A DNA stretch of 44,665 nucleotides, from positions 1-44,665 of the forward strand of contig JAURFH010000003.1 in NCBI GenBank assembly GCA_030834415.1. Direction: 5' to 3'. The notes beneath the pieces were generated by a model, which worked only from the letters and a program-made list of their open reading frames with translations, ran no database searches and was not told the DNA's origin. This document shows positions 18,448 to 27,660 of this stretch, one piece after another (positions within the stretch are counted from its first letter, which is position 1; each line of letters starts with the position of its first letter). Origin of the DNA: Verrucomicrobiota bacterium. Lineage in GTDB: Bacteria; Verrucomicrobiota; Verrucomicrobiia; Limisphaerales; JAEYXS01. The translations under genes and the position numbers were made by a program.

Positions 18448-21400
18448 AAGTGAATTCGTTGAGGTTCAACATGAGCCGGCAAGTATTCACCAGGCCGAAC
18501 TGTTTGGCGTAAGCGGCCAGTTTTTTACTTTCTGCAGCTGTGAGTTCGCGCCCGGTGGCGGCATAGAAACCGCGCTCGACCTGCGCAGTGATGTCGCCGC
18601 CTTCCGCTTCAAGCTTTTCCGCGAAGTGCTTCGCCATGGTCACCATCAAGCAGTTATTCAACAGCGCCAGCGCTTGCAACGGAGAGAGGCTTTCATTGCG
18701 TTTGCCGACTTGGATGGACGGATCGGCGCAATCCAGCGTGGTCATGAACGGCTGCATCTGTGAACGCACGATGAACCGATAGATGGAACGGCGGTGTGAT
18801 TTCGGGTCTTCAGGGTCGTGCAGTTGATACTGGTAGTGCGGTGAATGCTCCGGCTTCTCGATCACAAAATCCTGAAAGGCCGGGCCGCCCATTTTCAAAT
18901 CCAGCTTGCCGCTCACCAGCAGCACACTGTCTCGGATACTTTCCGCATCCAGCTTGCGCCGGTTCATGTGCCACAAGTAGCGGTTATCCGCATCGATCTG
19001 CGCGGCTGTCGGATGGTCTGCATTTGAGACCTGACGGTATGTGGCACTCGTCATGATGAGCTTATGCAAACGCTTCAGCGACTGCCCGCCATCGCGGAAC
19101 TCCACCGCCAACCAATCGATCAGCTCGGCATTGCTAGGTTCGACACCCATGTGGCCGAAATCATTCGGGGTCTCTGCCAACCCTTTGCCGAAATGATACA
19201 ACCAAACACGGTTCACAATGCTCCGCCAGGTGAGCGGGTTATTCTCATCTGACAGCCACTTGGCCAATTCAGCCCGCCGTTCGCCTTCCGGTCTCTCCAC
19301 CGTATCCTCAAATCTTCCCGGCAACCAGGAGATGGCTTGCACCGCCCCCGGTATGACTTCTTGCCCCGGTGTCAGCACACTGCCGCGGTTCAGCAATTGG
19401 ATGGGGCGCGGCTTGCCACCATTGGCACCTGTCCCGGCAAAATTTCCCGAACCGTAATGGACCGTTCCGGCATAGACCACATCGGGCTTGGGAAAGGCCG
19501 TCAACTCAACTTTGACCCTTTTCAGCTCTTGCTCGATATCAGCTTTCTCTTTCTTTGTGCTGGCAACCAGCAGACTCCCCACCAGTTTTTCGCGTTGAGC
19601 TTGCAGCTCGGCCAGTTGCCCCGAAGAGATCGGGTCTGGCTGAGGTGCGATGGCATCCACAAGGTTCGCCTTTCGCCAACGCGGTGGTGCTTCGATAGAA
19701 TCCAGTGCCGTGACGGGAGCATTGGCTGAGAGGTTGTGTCCCGTGCTGTCGTAGACTTCCAGTTCGGCCAGCGCCAAGATGTAATCATCCTTACGCAGCG
19801 CGAGCTTGGTTGCCGTCACTCGTACATAGCGCCCGGTCGCGCCTGACGATGTGAAGGCTTGCGGTGTCGTGCCGGGATTGCGCACATCGGACTTGTCTTG
19901 CGTAGTGATGATTACGCGTCCGGTCTTGAACTCAGGATCATCCGAAGTCTCGATCTTGAAGCGTAGGGGATAGCCAAAGCCCGCCCCGATTTTATTGTAA
20001 TCATCGTAGCACGGCTGCAGCACCACTTTCTCGATGACCACACTCTTGCCTAAATCAACCTGCACCCACTTCACCGCATCCTGCACCTTCGAGATCGCGC
20101 TGTGATAGCCGAATTCCGAACGCGTGTTGCCCTGGCCTTTCTTGGATGCTGCCGCGATCTGCTTGTCCAGTGCAGCCAATCCCTCTCCGCCGAGTTTCTT
20201 GATCTGCTCATCGATGAGCTTCTTGCGTGCCAACAGACCACGTTGCTGATTCTCCAAATCGTTGAAACGCTTGGTGAGTTCTGTATCCGCGAAGTATTTC
20301 TTGTCCGTCCGGTCCAACGCAGCGAACACCGCCTGCAATGAGTAGTAATCCTCCTGTGAGATGGGATCGAACTTGTGGTTGTGACATTGCGCACAGCCGA
20401 CGGTGAGGCTGTTAAAGGTCTGCATGGTGTTCGCCACCATGTCATCGCGATCCAAGTGACGCGCGATTTTGCCATCCGTCTTGCTCTCGGGCACTTCGGC
20501 GTGACCGATGTAATCCCACGGCCCGGCGGCGATGAACCCCAAGGCCTCGATGCCATCTCTCGTATCCGGATAAAGGACATCGCCCGCGATCTGCTCCTGC
20601 GCAAAAAGGCTGTAAGGTTTGTCTTCGTTGAAAGCCCGGATGACGTAATCCCGATACGGCCAGGCATTAGGCCGTGGCTTGTCTTTGTCATACCCGTGCG
20701 TGTCACCGTAATGCACCACATCCAGCCAATGACGTGCCCAGCGTTCACCGTAGTGAGGCGAGGCAAGCAGGCGGTCCACGAGCTTCTCGTACGCTTGCGG
20801 GTCTTTGTCCGCGAGAAACGCCTCAATCTCTTCAGGTTTCGGCGGCAGACCGATGAGGTCAAAGTAAACACGCCGTATCAAGGTGCGGCGATCCGCTTCC
20901 TTGGACTGCGGCAAGCCCTTCTCCTGCAATTTCGCAACGATGAAAGCATCGACCGGGTTCTGGACATTAAGTTTAGGATCAGAAATCTTTGGAACTGCTG
21001 GTCGTGATAGTCGCTTGAAGGACCACCAATCCATCCGGTCCGCCAGTCTCAGGCTCGCACTTTCCGGCCACACTGCCCCTTGATCAATCCAGGCACGCAA
21101 CAAGCCGATCTGCTTCTCCGTCAACGGCTCCCCTTTGGGCGGCATCTTGATCTTTTCATCCTGTCCGCTGACAAAACGGATAAGCGGACTCTCGCTGCTC
21201 TTGCCCGGGATGATGTTGGGGGCGTGATAGTCGCCGCCATGCAACGCGCTGGCTTTTGCATCCAGCCGGTAACTGTTCTTCTGCTTCTCCGGCCCGTGGC
21301 AATCCAGACACGCCTGCTGAAATATCGGCTGGATGTCGCGGACGAAATCGATCTTCGTGCCTTCAGCCGCTGAACAGACACCGGCAAAGCATACTGACAG

Positions 21401-21478
21401 CATTGCGCTCAATACTGCCCCACAGCGCCACTGAGGCATCATCGATTTAGGGTGTATGGCGCAACTGAACCGCATCAC
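18437..21478 (-). CDS. PSD1/DUF1553 + DUF1549 + planctomycete cytochrome c protein with discoidin-like insert, copy B
   Basis: CLDCHG, MPP, W..QGA; GERWARHWLD, AWPYRDYVIRAFNEDKPY, CAQCHNHKFDPI; IVNRVW..HFG.G, RRSIY, LQALALLN. Confidence 0.92.
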   Translation of the reverse strand: MMRFSCAIHPKSMMPQWRCGAVLSAMLSVCFAGVCSAAEGTKIDFVRDIQPIFQQACLDCHGPEKQKNSYRLDAKASALHGGDYHAPNIIPGKSSESPLIRFVSGQDEKIKMPPKGEPLTEKQIGLLRAWIDQGAVWPESASLRLADRMDWWSFKRLSRPAVPKISDPKLNVQNPVDAFIVAKLQEKGLPQSKEADRRTLIRRVYFDLIGLPPKPEEIEAFLADKDPQAYEKLVDRLLASPHYGERWARHWLDVVHYGDTHGYDKDKPRPNAWPYRDYVIRAFNEDKPYSLFAQEQIAGDVLYPDTRDGIEALGFIAAGPWDYIGHAEVPESKTDGKIARHLDRDDMVANTMQTFNSLTVGCAQCHNHKFDPISQEDYYSLQAVFAALDRTDKKYFADTELTKRFNDLENQQRGLLARKKLIDEQIKKLGGEGLAALDKQIAAASKKGQGNTRSEFGYHSAISKVQDAVKWVQVDLGKSVVIEKVVLQPCYDDYNKIGAGFGYPLRFKIETSDDPEFKTGRVIITTQDKSDVRNPGTTPQAFTSSGATGRYVRVTATKLALRKDDYILALAELEVYDSTGHNLSANAPVTALDSIEAPPRWRKANLVDAIAPQPDPISSGQLAELQAQREKLVGSLLVASTKKEKADIEQELKRVKVELTAFPKPDVVYAGTVHYGSGNFAGTGANGGKPRPIQLLNRGSVLTPGQEVIPGAVQAISWLPGRFEDTVERPEGERRAELAKWLSDENNPLTWRSIVNRVWLYHFGKGLAETPNDFGHMGVEPSNAELIDWLAVEFRDGGQSLKRLHKLIMTSATYRQVSNADHPTAAQIDADNRYLWHMNRRKLDAESIRDSVLLVSGKLDLKMGGPAFQDFVIEKPEHSPHYQYQLHDPEDPKSHRRSIYRFIVRSQMQPFMTTLDCADPSIQVGKRNESLSPLQALALLNNCLMVTMAKHFAEKLEAEGGDITAQVERGFYAATGRELTAAESKKLAAYAKQFGLVNTCRLMLNLNEFTFVD

Positions 21479-21571
21479 CAGGTCTTTCTGGAGGCAAAGA
21501 TTGCTTCGGATGGATTCATGGTAATGTGATGATTCTAAAGCCTCTTCACATCCGCTGCCATGTCAATTTGC

Positions 21572-23026
21572 TCACGCCAGGATATTCTTAAGGAGGTGCC
21601 CGTGCACATCCGTGAGACGACGCTCGGCACCGTTGTGGTAGTACGTCAGCTTTTCATGGTCCAAACCCAGCAGATGCAAGACAGTGGCGTAGAAGTCATA
21701 GACGCTGGTGATATCCTCGGCCGCACGACGGCCAAACTCATCGGTCGCCCCGTAGCTTACGCCGCCTTTGATACCTGCGCCCATCATCCAAGTGGTGAAT
21801 GCATCGGGATTGTGATCGCGACCATCAGTGCCTTCCTGGCGCGTGGGCATACGACCGAACTCAGAAGTCCACAGCACCAAGGTATCTTCCAACATACCTC
21901 GTTGTTTCATATCAGTGAGCAAGGCCGCCGTCGGTTGATCGAAGATGGGGCAATGGCGCTCGTAATCTGCCTTGAGCGTCTTATGTGCATCCCAATTCAG
22001 GAGGCCATCCACCGCTGAGGCGCGTGAGGCACAATAAAGACTCACGTAACGCACGCCTTGCTCCAAGAATCTCCGCGAGAGCAGGCAATTGCGTGCATAC
22101 GCCGCCAGCAACGGGTTCTTGCTGTCCGTTCCATACAGGCGATGCAAGTGAGCCGGTTCCCTGGAGATGTCAGCGATTTCCGGCGCGGTGAGTTGCATGC
22201 GCGCCGCCAGCTCATAAGCAGCCATGCGGGCCTTTAATTCACTCTCACCCGGATGCCGCTCGGCATGCTCGCGATTGATCGTCTTCAGGAAATCACGCGT
22301 CGCCTGTTCCTCGCTCACACTGATGGAAGCCGGACGGGCGAGATTACGGAGCGGTTGCTGGGCGGACATGGCCACCGCTTGATAATCAGCGGGTAAGAAG
22401 CCGTTCGACCAATTCGCCTTACCGTTGGGCGGTTCACCGCGCACATCTTGGATGGCCACATAGGTCGGCAGGTTGCGATTCAAGCTGCCGAGCGCATAAC
22501 TGGTCCACGCGCCAGCCGCCGGAAAGCCTTCACGGACAAAACCACTGTTCATGAAGATGCAGCCGGGACCATGTGTATTCGTGCGGGACATCATGCCGTG
22601 CAGGAACGCGATATCATCCACATGCTGGCTCATGTGCGGCAACATGGAGGAGATCATCTTGCCGCTCTGGCCACCGGGTTTGAAGGCCCACGGCGATTTC
22701 ATCAAGGGACCATTCTTCCCTTGGAAGCTCACCATGTTCTCTTCCCCGGGCAAAGGCTTGCCATCGTATTTCTCTAACGACGGTTTGTAGTCCCACAAGT
22801 CCACATGCGAGGCCGCACCTGGGCAGAAGATGTGTAGCACTTGCTTGGCCTTCGGCGCGTATTGCGGCACACCTGGCTTCCAACCCGCCGGGGCGGTGGC
22901 AAGAGTGGAGGCAAAGAGCTCATCCGCCAATAAACTGGTCAGCGCGACGCCCGTCAGCCCGCCACTCAGGCGCCCGAGGAAATTTCGGCGGGTCAATGAC
23001 AGCAGTTCGTTTGATTTCGTATTCAT
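21572..23026 (-). CDS. DUF1501 domain protein (Tat signal), copy A
   Basis: LTRRNFL, PKAKQVLHIFCPGAASHVDLWD, YELAARMQ, WDAH, SEFGRMP, GRDHNP, RRLTDVHG. Confidence 0.92.
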   Translation of the reverse strand: MNTKSNELLSLTRRNFLGRLSGGLTGVALTSLLADELFASTLATAPAGWKPGVPQYAPKAKQVLHIFCPGAASHVDLWDYKPSLEKYDGKPLPGEENMVSFQGKNGPLMKSPWAFKPGGQSGKMISSMLPHMSQHVDDIAFLHGMMSRTNTHGPGCIFMNSGFVREGFPAAGAWTSYALGSLNRNLPTYVAIQDVRGEPPNGKANWSNGFLPADYQAVAMSAQQPLRNLARPASISVSEEQATRDFLKTINREHAERHPGESELKARMAAYELAARMQLTAPEIADISREPAHLHRLYGTDSKNPLLAAYARNCLLSRRFLEQGVRYVSLYCASRASAVDGLLNWDAHKTLKADYERHCPIFDQPTAALLTDMKQRGMLEDTLVLWTSEFGRMPTRQEGTDGRDHNPDAFTTWMMGAGIKGGVSYGATDEFGRRAAEDITSVYDFYATVLHLLGLDHEKLTYYHNGAERRLTDVHGHLLKNILA

Positions 23027-23041
23027 GTGCTGTGCGATGAG

Positions 23042-25996
23042 TTACTCCAGATAAATCAATTCGTTGGCATTCAGCAACGCACGACAAAACGCGTTGATTC
23101 CGTGGGCTTCGATCAAGGCCACGGCAGTCTTGAGTTCGTGTTTGCTGGGCTGTCGCTGGAAAGCCAACGTGTAAGCCCGTTGCACGGCTTCAACGGCATC
23201 GTTGCTGCCACCTTCTTTTTCGATTCGCTCCGCGAGTGCGGCGGCCATGTCCAAAGTGAAGCTGTAGTTCAGAAGTGTGAGCGCCTGCAATGGAGTCGTC
23301 GTCTTCGCCCGACGCGGCACGCCGAAGGCATTGTCCGGTAGATCGAAATCACTCAGCACATCCACCACGGACGCGCGCGCGCTTTGATGATATACCGCCC
23401 GGCGATAGGTCTCCGGGCCGACCTTGTCGAGCGGCGCGTAGGTGGAGACGTTGTCGGACTTGTATTCGTAGAGACGGAAACCCGGCCCGCCCATGCGTTC
23501 ATCCAACTTACCAGTCAGTAACAGAATCGTGTCGCGCACCTCTTCAGCACTCAAACGGCGTGTAGGGAAGCGCCAGAGGAAACGCGAATCTTTATCCACC
23601 CGGGCGGCCGATTCGCGGAACTCGGCAGACTGCTGGTATGTCTGTGAAAGCAGTATCTCGCGATGCAAGGCTTTGAGTTTCCATCCGCTCGCATGCAATC
23701 GGTTAGCGAGGTAATCGAGCAACTCCGGATGCGTGGGCAAGCCGCCAAGGAAGCCGAAATCACTGGGCGTATCCACGATGCCGGTGCCGAAGTGGTAGTG
23801 CCACACGCGATTCACCAGCACGCGGGCGGTGAGCGGGTTCTCATCGCTCACGATCCATTTGGCGAGTTCAAGACGGCGTGCACCTTCCGGCGCCTTGGCA
23901 TCCAGCTCATAAGACTTGGTCACCTGCTCGAGCACGTTGAGACTGGAGGGCTTCACGATGTCGCCGGGCTTCATCGGGTCACCGCCCTTCTGCACCACGG
24001 TTGGTTCATCCGGTTGCCGGAAACTACCGACCCAAGCCGTGGGCAACGGCGGGATGGCGCGAAGTTTACGATCCACTTGCGCGATGGCCTGATTCAACTC
24101 CGCAAGCTGTTTGCGATCTTCATCGGTCGTTGCGCGACGCGTGATGCGCTCATTAGCCAGGGCGGATGTGAAGGGCTTGCGATCAAAAGAATCTGCGGCC
24201 TTGTGCCAGTCCTTGCCATCCAGCGAGGTGAAGACCTCATACTCGATGACCGCCGGAGCGGCTCCGGCAATCACGCGATCATCCGGGCCGGTGTAATTGT
24301 TGAAAAGCGTGATGCGGTCGATGTCCTCAGCTTTCGCCAACGTGATGGTGAGCTGGGCGGGTGAGCCGATGAACCAGCGCGCGCCGAATTTGCCGTCATT
24401 CACCAGATTCACATCATAGGCGTTGGCGAAATCCTTCGCATCCCGGCTCTTGGTGCCTTCTGCTTTCGCCCCGTTAATGGCGAGGGCGACATTGCGTTCG
24501 CCAGACCAAATCTGCACCTCTTCCAATTTGCCGCCGACTCCGCTGGCGGGATTGCTGGAGGTAGCGAGAAATTCAAAGCGCACATAGCGCGCTTTGACCG
24601 GCGCAAAGCCCTCATCCGTCTTCCGCGGACTGGGCGCGGGACGAGGCATCGCGACGGCTTCCAGCTTTTTACCACGCTCGACAATCTCTTTCTCCACTTT
24701 GGTTTTTGCCGCGATGAGGCGCCCGCGTTCTTCATTCAGCGGCTTGACCGCTTCCGCATGTTCCTTGCGTTGCTCCGCCGTGGTCAGCACGCGAGCCCCG
24801 TGTTTCGCTCCCTCGAACACGGACTTTATACGGTAATAATCTTCTGTGGGGATGGGATCGAACTTGTGGTTATGGCAACGGGCGCAATTGATTGTAAGCC
24901 CTAGGAAGGCAGAGCCAGTCGCCGTGACCATGTCATCAAGCGTGGCCGCGCGGATATTGGCGGCAGCCACTTTATCCTGATTCCCCACATCGTCGTAAGG
25001 ACCGAGCGTGACGAAGGCAACACCGACTTCAGTATCCGGCTTATCTTTCCCAACGACATCACCGGCAAGGTGCTCGATGATGAACTGGTTGAAAGGCTTG
25101 TCCTCATTGATCGAGCGGATGACGTAGTCGCGGAAGGGCCACGCGTTATCGATGATAAAATTACGTTCAAATCCATTACTCTCACCAAAGCGGACGATGT
25201 CCAGCCAATGACGACCCCAGCGTTCGCCGTAGTGCGGCGAGGCCAGTAAACGATCTACGAGTTTGGCGTAGGCATCCGGTGATTTGTCACCTTCGAAAGC
25301 AGCCACTTCCTCAGGCGTGGGCGGCAGACCAGTAAGGTCGTATGTAATTCTCCGGATGAGTGCGCGGCGTTCGGCGGGCGGATTGGGTTGCAGATCTTTT
25401 TTGGCAAGCTCGGCGAGGATATAGCGGTCGATGGGATTCTCCTGCCACGCTTTGAGATCAAACTGGGTGCGATTGGCTTTGGAAACTTGCTTGAGCTTGG
25501 ACTTCAACTCACTGACTTCAGGCGGTTGCGCCTTGCTCAAAGGTTGCAAGGACCACCAAGTCTTGTCGGCTCGCTTGGCTTCGATGACCACGCCTTCACG
25601 CGGGTCAGGAGCACCGAGCTTCACCCAGGTCGTGAGATTGGCGATCTCTTCGGCCGTGAGCTTTTTCTTCGGTGGCATCTCCTCATCTTCGATCTCGTGG
25701 CGCACGAGTTTCAGCAGCAGGCTGTTCTCAGGATTGCCGGAATCGAAAAGGGGCTTGCCGGATTCGCCGCCTTTGGCGATGCCCGCTTTGGAATCGAGAT
25801 ACAGACCTCCTTTAAGTTTCTTGGCCGTGGCGCTATGGCATTCGTAGCATTCTTTGACCAACAGGGGACGGATCTTTTGCTCGAAGAACTTGAGATGTTC
25901 AGCAGGAATCGTTGCGGCCTGTAAAGTCGGGCTCGACGCTGATGTGATCGCGGCAACAGTCAGCAAGAACCAGCCAAGTAGTGAACGTTTGCTCAT
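23042..25996 (-). CDS. PSD1/DUF1553 + DUF1549 + planctomycete cytochrome c protein with discoidin-like insert, copy A
   Basis: FFEQKIRPLL..CYECHS, GAPDPR; GERWGRHWLD, CARCHNHKFDPI; ARVLVNRVWHYHFG.G, PTHPELLD, TPLQALTLLN. Confidence 0.92.
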   Translation of the reverse strand: MSKRSLLGWFLLTVAAITSASSPTLQAATIPAEHLKFFEQKIRPLLVKECYECHSATAKKLKGGLYLDSKAGIAKGGESGKPLFDSGNPENSLLLKLVRHEIEDEEMPPKKKLTAEEIANLTTWVKLGAPDPREGVVIEAKRADKTWWSLQPLSKAQPPEVSELKSKLKQVSKANRTQFDLKAWQENPIDRYILAELAKKDLQPNPPAERRALIRRITYDLTGLPPTPEEVAAFEGDKSPDAYAKLVDRLLASPHYGERWGRHWLDIVRFGESNGFERNFIIDNAWPFRDYVIRSINEDKPFNQFIIEHLAGDVVGKDKPDTEVGVAFVTLGPYDDVGNQDKVAAANIRAATLDDMVTATGSAFLGLTINCARCHNHKFDPIPTEDYYRIKSVFEGAKHGARVLTTAEQRKEHAEAVKPLNEERGRLIAAKTKVEKEIVERGKKLEAVAMPRPAPSPRKTDEGFAPVKARYVRFEFLATSSNPASGVGGKLEEVQIWSGERNVALAINGAKAEGTKSRDAKDFANAYDVNLVNDGKFGARWFIGSPAQLTITLAKAEDIDRITLFNNYTGPDDRVIAGAAPAVIEYEVFTSLDGKDWHKAADSFDRKPFTSALANERITRRATTDEDRKQLAELNQAIAQVDRKLRAIPPLPTAWVGSFRQPDEPTVVQKGGDPMKPGDIVKPSSLNVLEQVTKSYELDAKAPEGARRLELAKWIVSDENPLTARVLVNRVWHYHFGTGIVDTPSDFGFLGGLPTHPELLDYLANRLHASGWKLKALHREILLSQTYQQSAEFRESAARVDKDSRFLWRFPTRRLSAEEVRDTILLLTGKLDERMGGPGFRLYEYKSDNVSTYAPLDKVGPETYRRAVYHQSARASVVDVLSDFDLPDNAFGVPRRAKTTTPLQALTLLNYSFTLDMAAALAERIEKEGGSNDAVEAVQRAYTLAFQRQPSKHELKTAVALIEAHGINAFCRALLNANELIYLE

Positions 25997-26712
25997 GCTG
26001 AAGCCCTCCCTTTCCCACGTTGCTTCAGCGCTTTGGCAATATCGAGGGCAGCAGCTTCCAGATGCATCTTCATCGCAGCGACTGCTTTCTCTGGCTGCTT
26101 CGCCTCGATGGCGGCCAGGATTTGACCGTGATGATCGACGGCGACTTCATTCCCCGCGGCAGCCAGCGTGGTCTTGCGGCTGACACGACCCAAGTCGGCC
26201 AAGGAATCGAGGAGCAAGGTGCAGATCTCATTCCCGGCGGCAACGGCGATGAGGCGATGAAATTCCAGATCGGCCTCGATGGAATCTTCATCCGTCTCCG
26301 CAGCGGCAAGACGGGCATGATTTTGCCGCAGAGCCCGCAGATCGGCTGTTGTGGCCTTGCTCGCGGCGATACGTGCCAGACCGGGCTCGATGAGCAGACG
26401 CGCCTCAGTCAGTTGACGAAGGCGCTCGGCGGTATCCGGGATAAGCAGGGAGACGGAGCCATTCAGCGGCTTGTGCAGCTTATCCACCACCTTGATACCC
26501 ACACCATGGCGGATTTCCAGCAACCCTTGTTGCTCCAAGCGCTTGGTCGCCTCACGGACGACCGGGCGGCTGACGCCCAAGCGCTCGGCCAGTTCACGCT
26601 CTGACATCAGCCAGCCATCATTGGCGAACCCCTCATCACGAATCTGGCCGGAAATCTGACGGCACACCTCTTCCACCAGAGACGCCGGGCGTTCGATAGT
26701 TTGCAGGGACAT
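25993..26712 (-). CDS. GntR/FadR-family transcriptional regulator
   Basis: wHTH SERELAERLGVSRPVVREA...GLLEIRHG.G; FCD domain with D.EFH..I..AAGN and H..IL.AI. ATG 26712 preferred over GTG 26730. Confidence 0.93.
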   Translation of the reverse strand: MSLQTIERPASLVEEVCRQISGQIRDEGFANDGWLMSERELAERLGVSRPVVREATKRLEQQGLLEIRHGVGIKVVDKLHKPLNGSVSLLIPDTAERLRQLTEARLLIEPGLARIAASKATTADLRALRQNHARLAAAETDEDSIEADLEFHRLIAVAAGNEICTLLLDSLADLGRVSRKTTLAAAGNEVAVDHHGQILAAIEAKQPEKAVAAMKMHLEAAALDIAKALKQRGKGRASA

Positions 26713-26748
26713 GGTAAGAGGTCTTACCACTACCTGCTAAGGCGTCAA
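26712..26748 (-). promoter_or_regulatory. Sigma70-type promoter with overlapping FadR-type palindromic operator
   Basis: TTGACG(26748-26743)-16-TAAGAC(26726-26721) with an extended TG. Perfect inverted repeat TGGTAAGA-GG-TCTTACCA (26712-26729) covers the -10 and reaches the ATG. Confidence 0.75.
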
Positions 26749-26855
26749 GTCTGGATTGTTGATGAAGGTGAGAGCATTACTCAGGCACGCATTGATTCCA
26801 GCTGTTGATTAGGGCATCGTGGTGATTGAAAAACAAAGGTGATAAAGCATCGTCT

Positions 26856-27341
26856 ATGCAAAAAGTAAACCTGTCCGCCATTCCGGAAACCGAGGACAAA
26901 TCGCCCAAGGGGAAGTATAACTCGTTTTACAAAGGTATCTCGGAGGCTTTGGGCCGGGAGTATGCTTCTACGGACATGCTCAAACGGCATCCGTTTGATC
27001 TGGAATGGAATCGCCTACCACCAGGGGCGACGCATTGCCCGTATCATTTCCACTCGGCGCAGTGGGAGCTTTATTTCGTGCTGTCCGGAGTAGGCACCAT
27101 CCGCGATGAGGAAGGTGTCACGGAGGTCGTCGCGGGGGATGCGTTTCTGTTCAAGCCGGGTGAGGCGCATCAGCTCAGCAACCGGGGCACGGAAGATTTT
27201 GTTTATCTGCTCGTGGCCGACAACCCGATCGGTGAAAGCTGCTACTATCCTGACAGCAACAAGTGGCTCGTAGGCCACAGCACGAAACGGCGCAAGATCG
27301 TGCATGAGCAACCGGCGGAGTATTACGATGGGGAGGAGTAA
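26856..27341 (+). CDS. Cupin domain protein (COG3837-like)
   Basis: PYHFHSAQWELYFVLSG.G, GEAHQL.N and CYYPDSNK motifs. Confidence 0.85.
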   Translation: MQKVNLSAIPETEDKSPKGKYNSFYKGISEALGREYASTDMLKRHPFDLEWNRLPPGATHCPYHFHSAQWELYFVLSGVGTIRDEEGVTEVVAGDAFLFKPGEAHQLSNRGTEDFVYLLVADNPIGESCYYPDSNKWLVGHSTKRRKIVHEQPAEYYDGEE

Positions 27342-27343
27342 GA

Positions 27344-27625
27344 ATGAATAGCGACCGTCATAAAGATATGGCAGCAGCATTCAAACAGGACTCGGACACA
27401 TCCCCATTAGGGGCGAAACCCTCATGGCCCAGAAAGCAAATTCATTTGCCCCAGAAACTGACCGTTACTCAACTGGCTGAAATCTCTGGACTTAAAAGAT
27501 TTCAGATTATCGCTCGGTTGATGGATCTTGGCATCTTTACGAACGTGGACTACGTCATGGATTTCGCTACGGCTGAAAAAGCGATTCGCTATTACAACAT
27601 GACGGCCGAGCTTCAAAAGGAATGA
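27344..27625 (+). CDS. Stand-alone IF2 N-terminal (IF2_N)-like domain protein
   Basis: IHLPQKLTVTQLAEISGLKRFQIIARLMDLGIFTNVDYVMDFATAEKA resembles the IF2_N repeat (I.lP..iTV.eLA......viiK.Lm.lG........lD.dtA); GGAGGAG Shine-Dalgarno just upstream. Confidence 0.6.
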   Translation: MNSDRHKDMAAAFKQDSDTSPLGAKPSWPRKQIHLPQKLTVTQLAEISGLKRFQIIARLMDLGIFTNVDYVMDFATAEKAIRYYNMTAELQKE

Positions 27626-27660
27626 TTCTCTCGCCGGGCCGGAGACCGGCGTTCCCTCTC

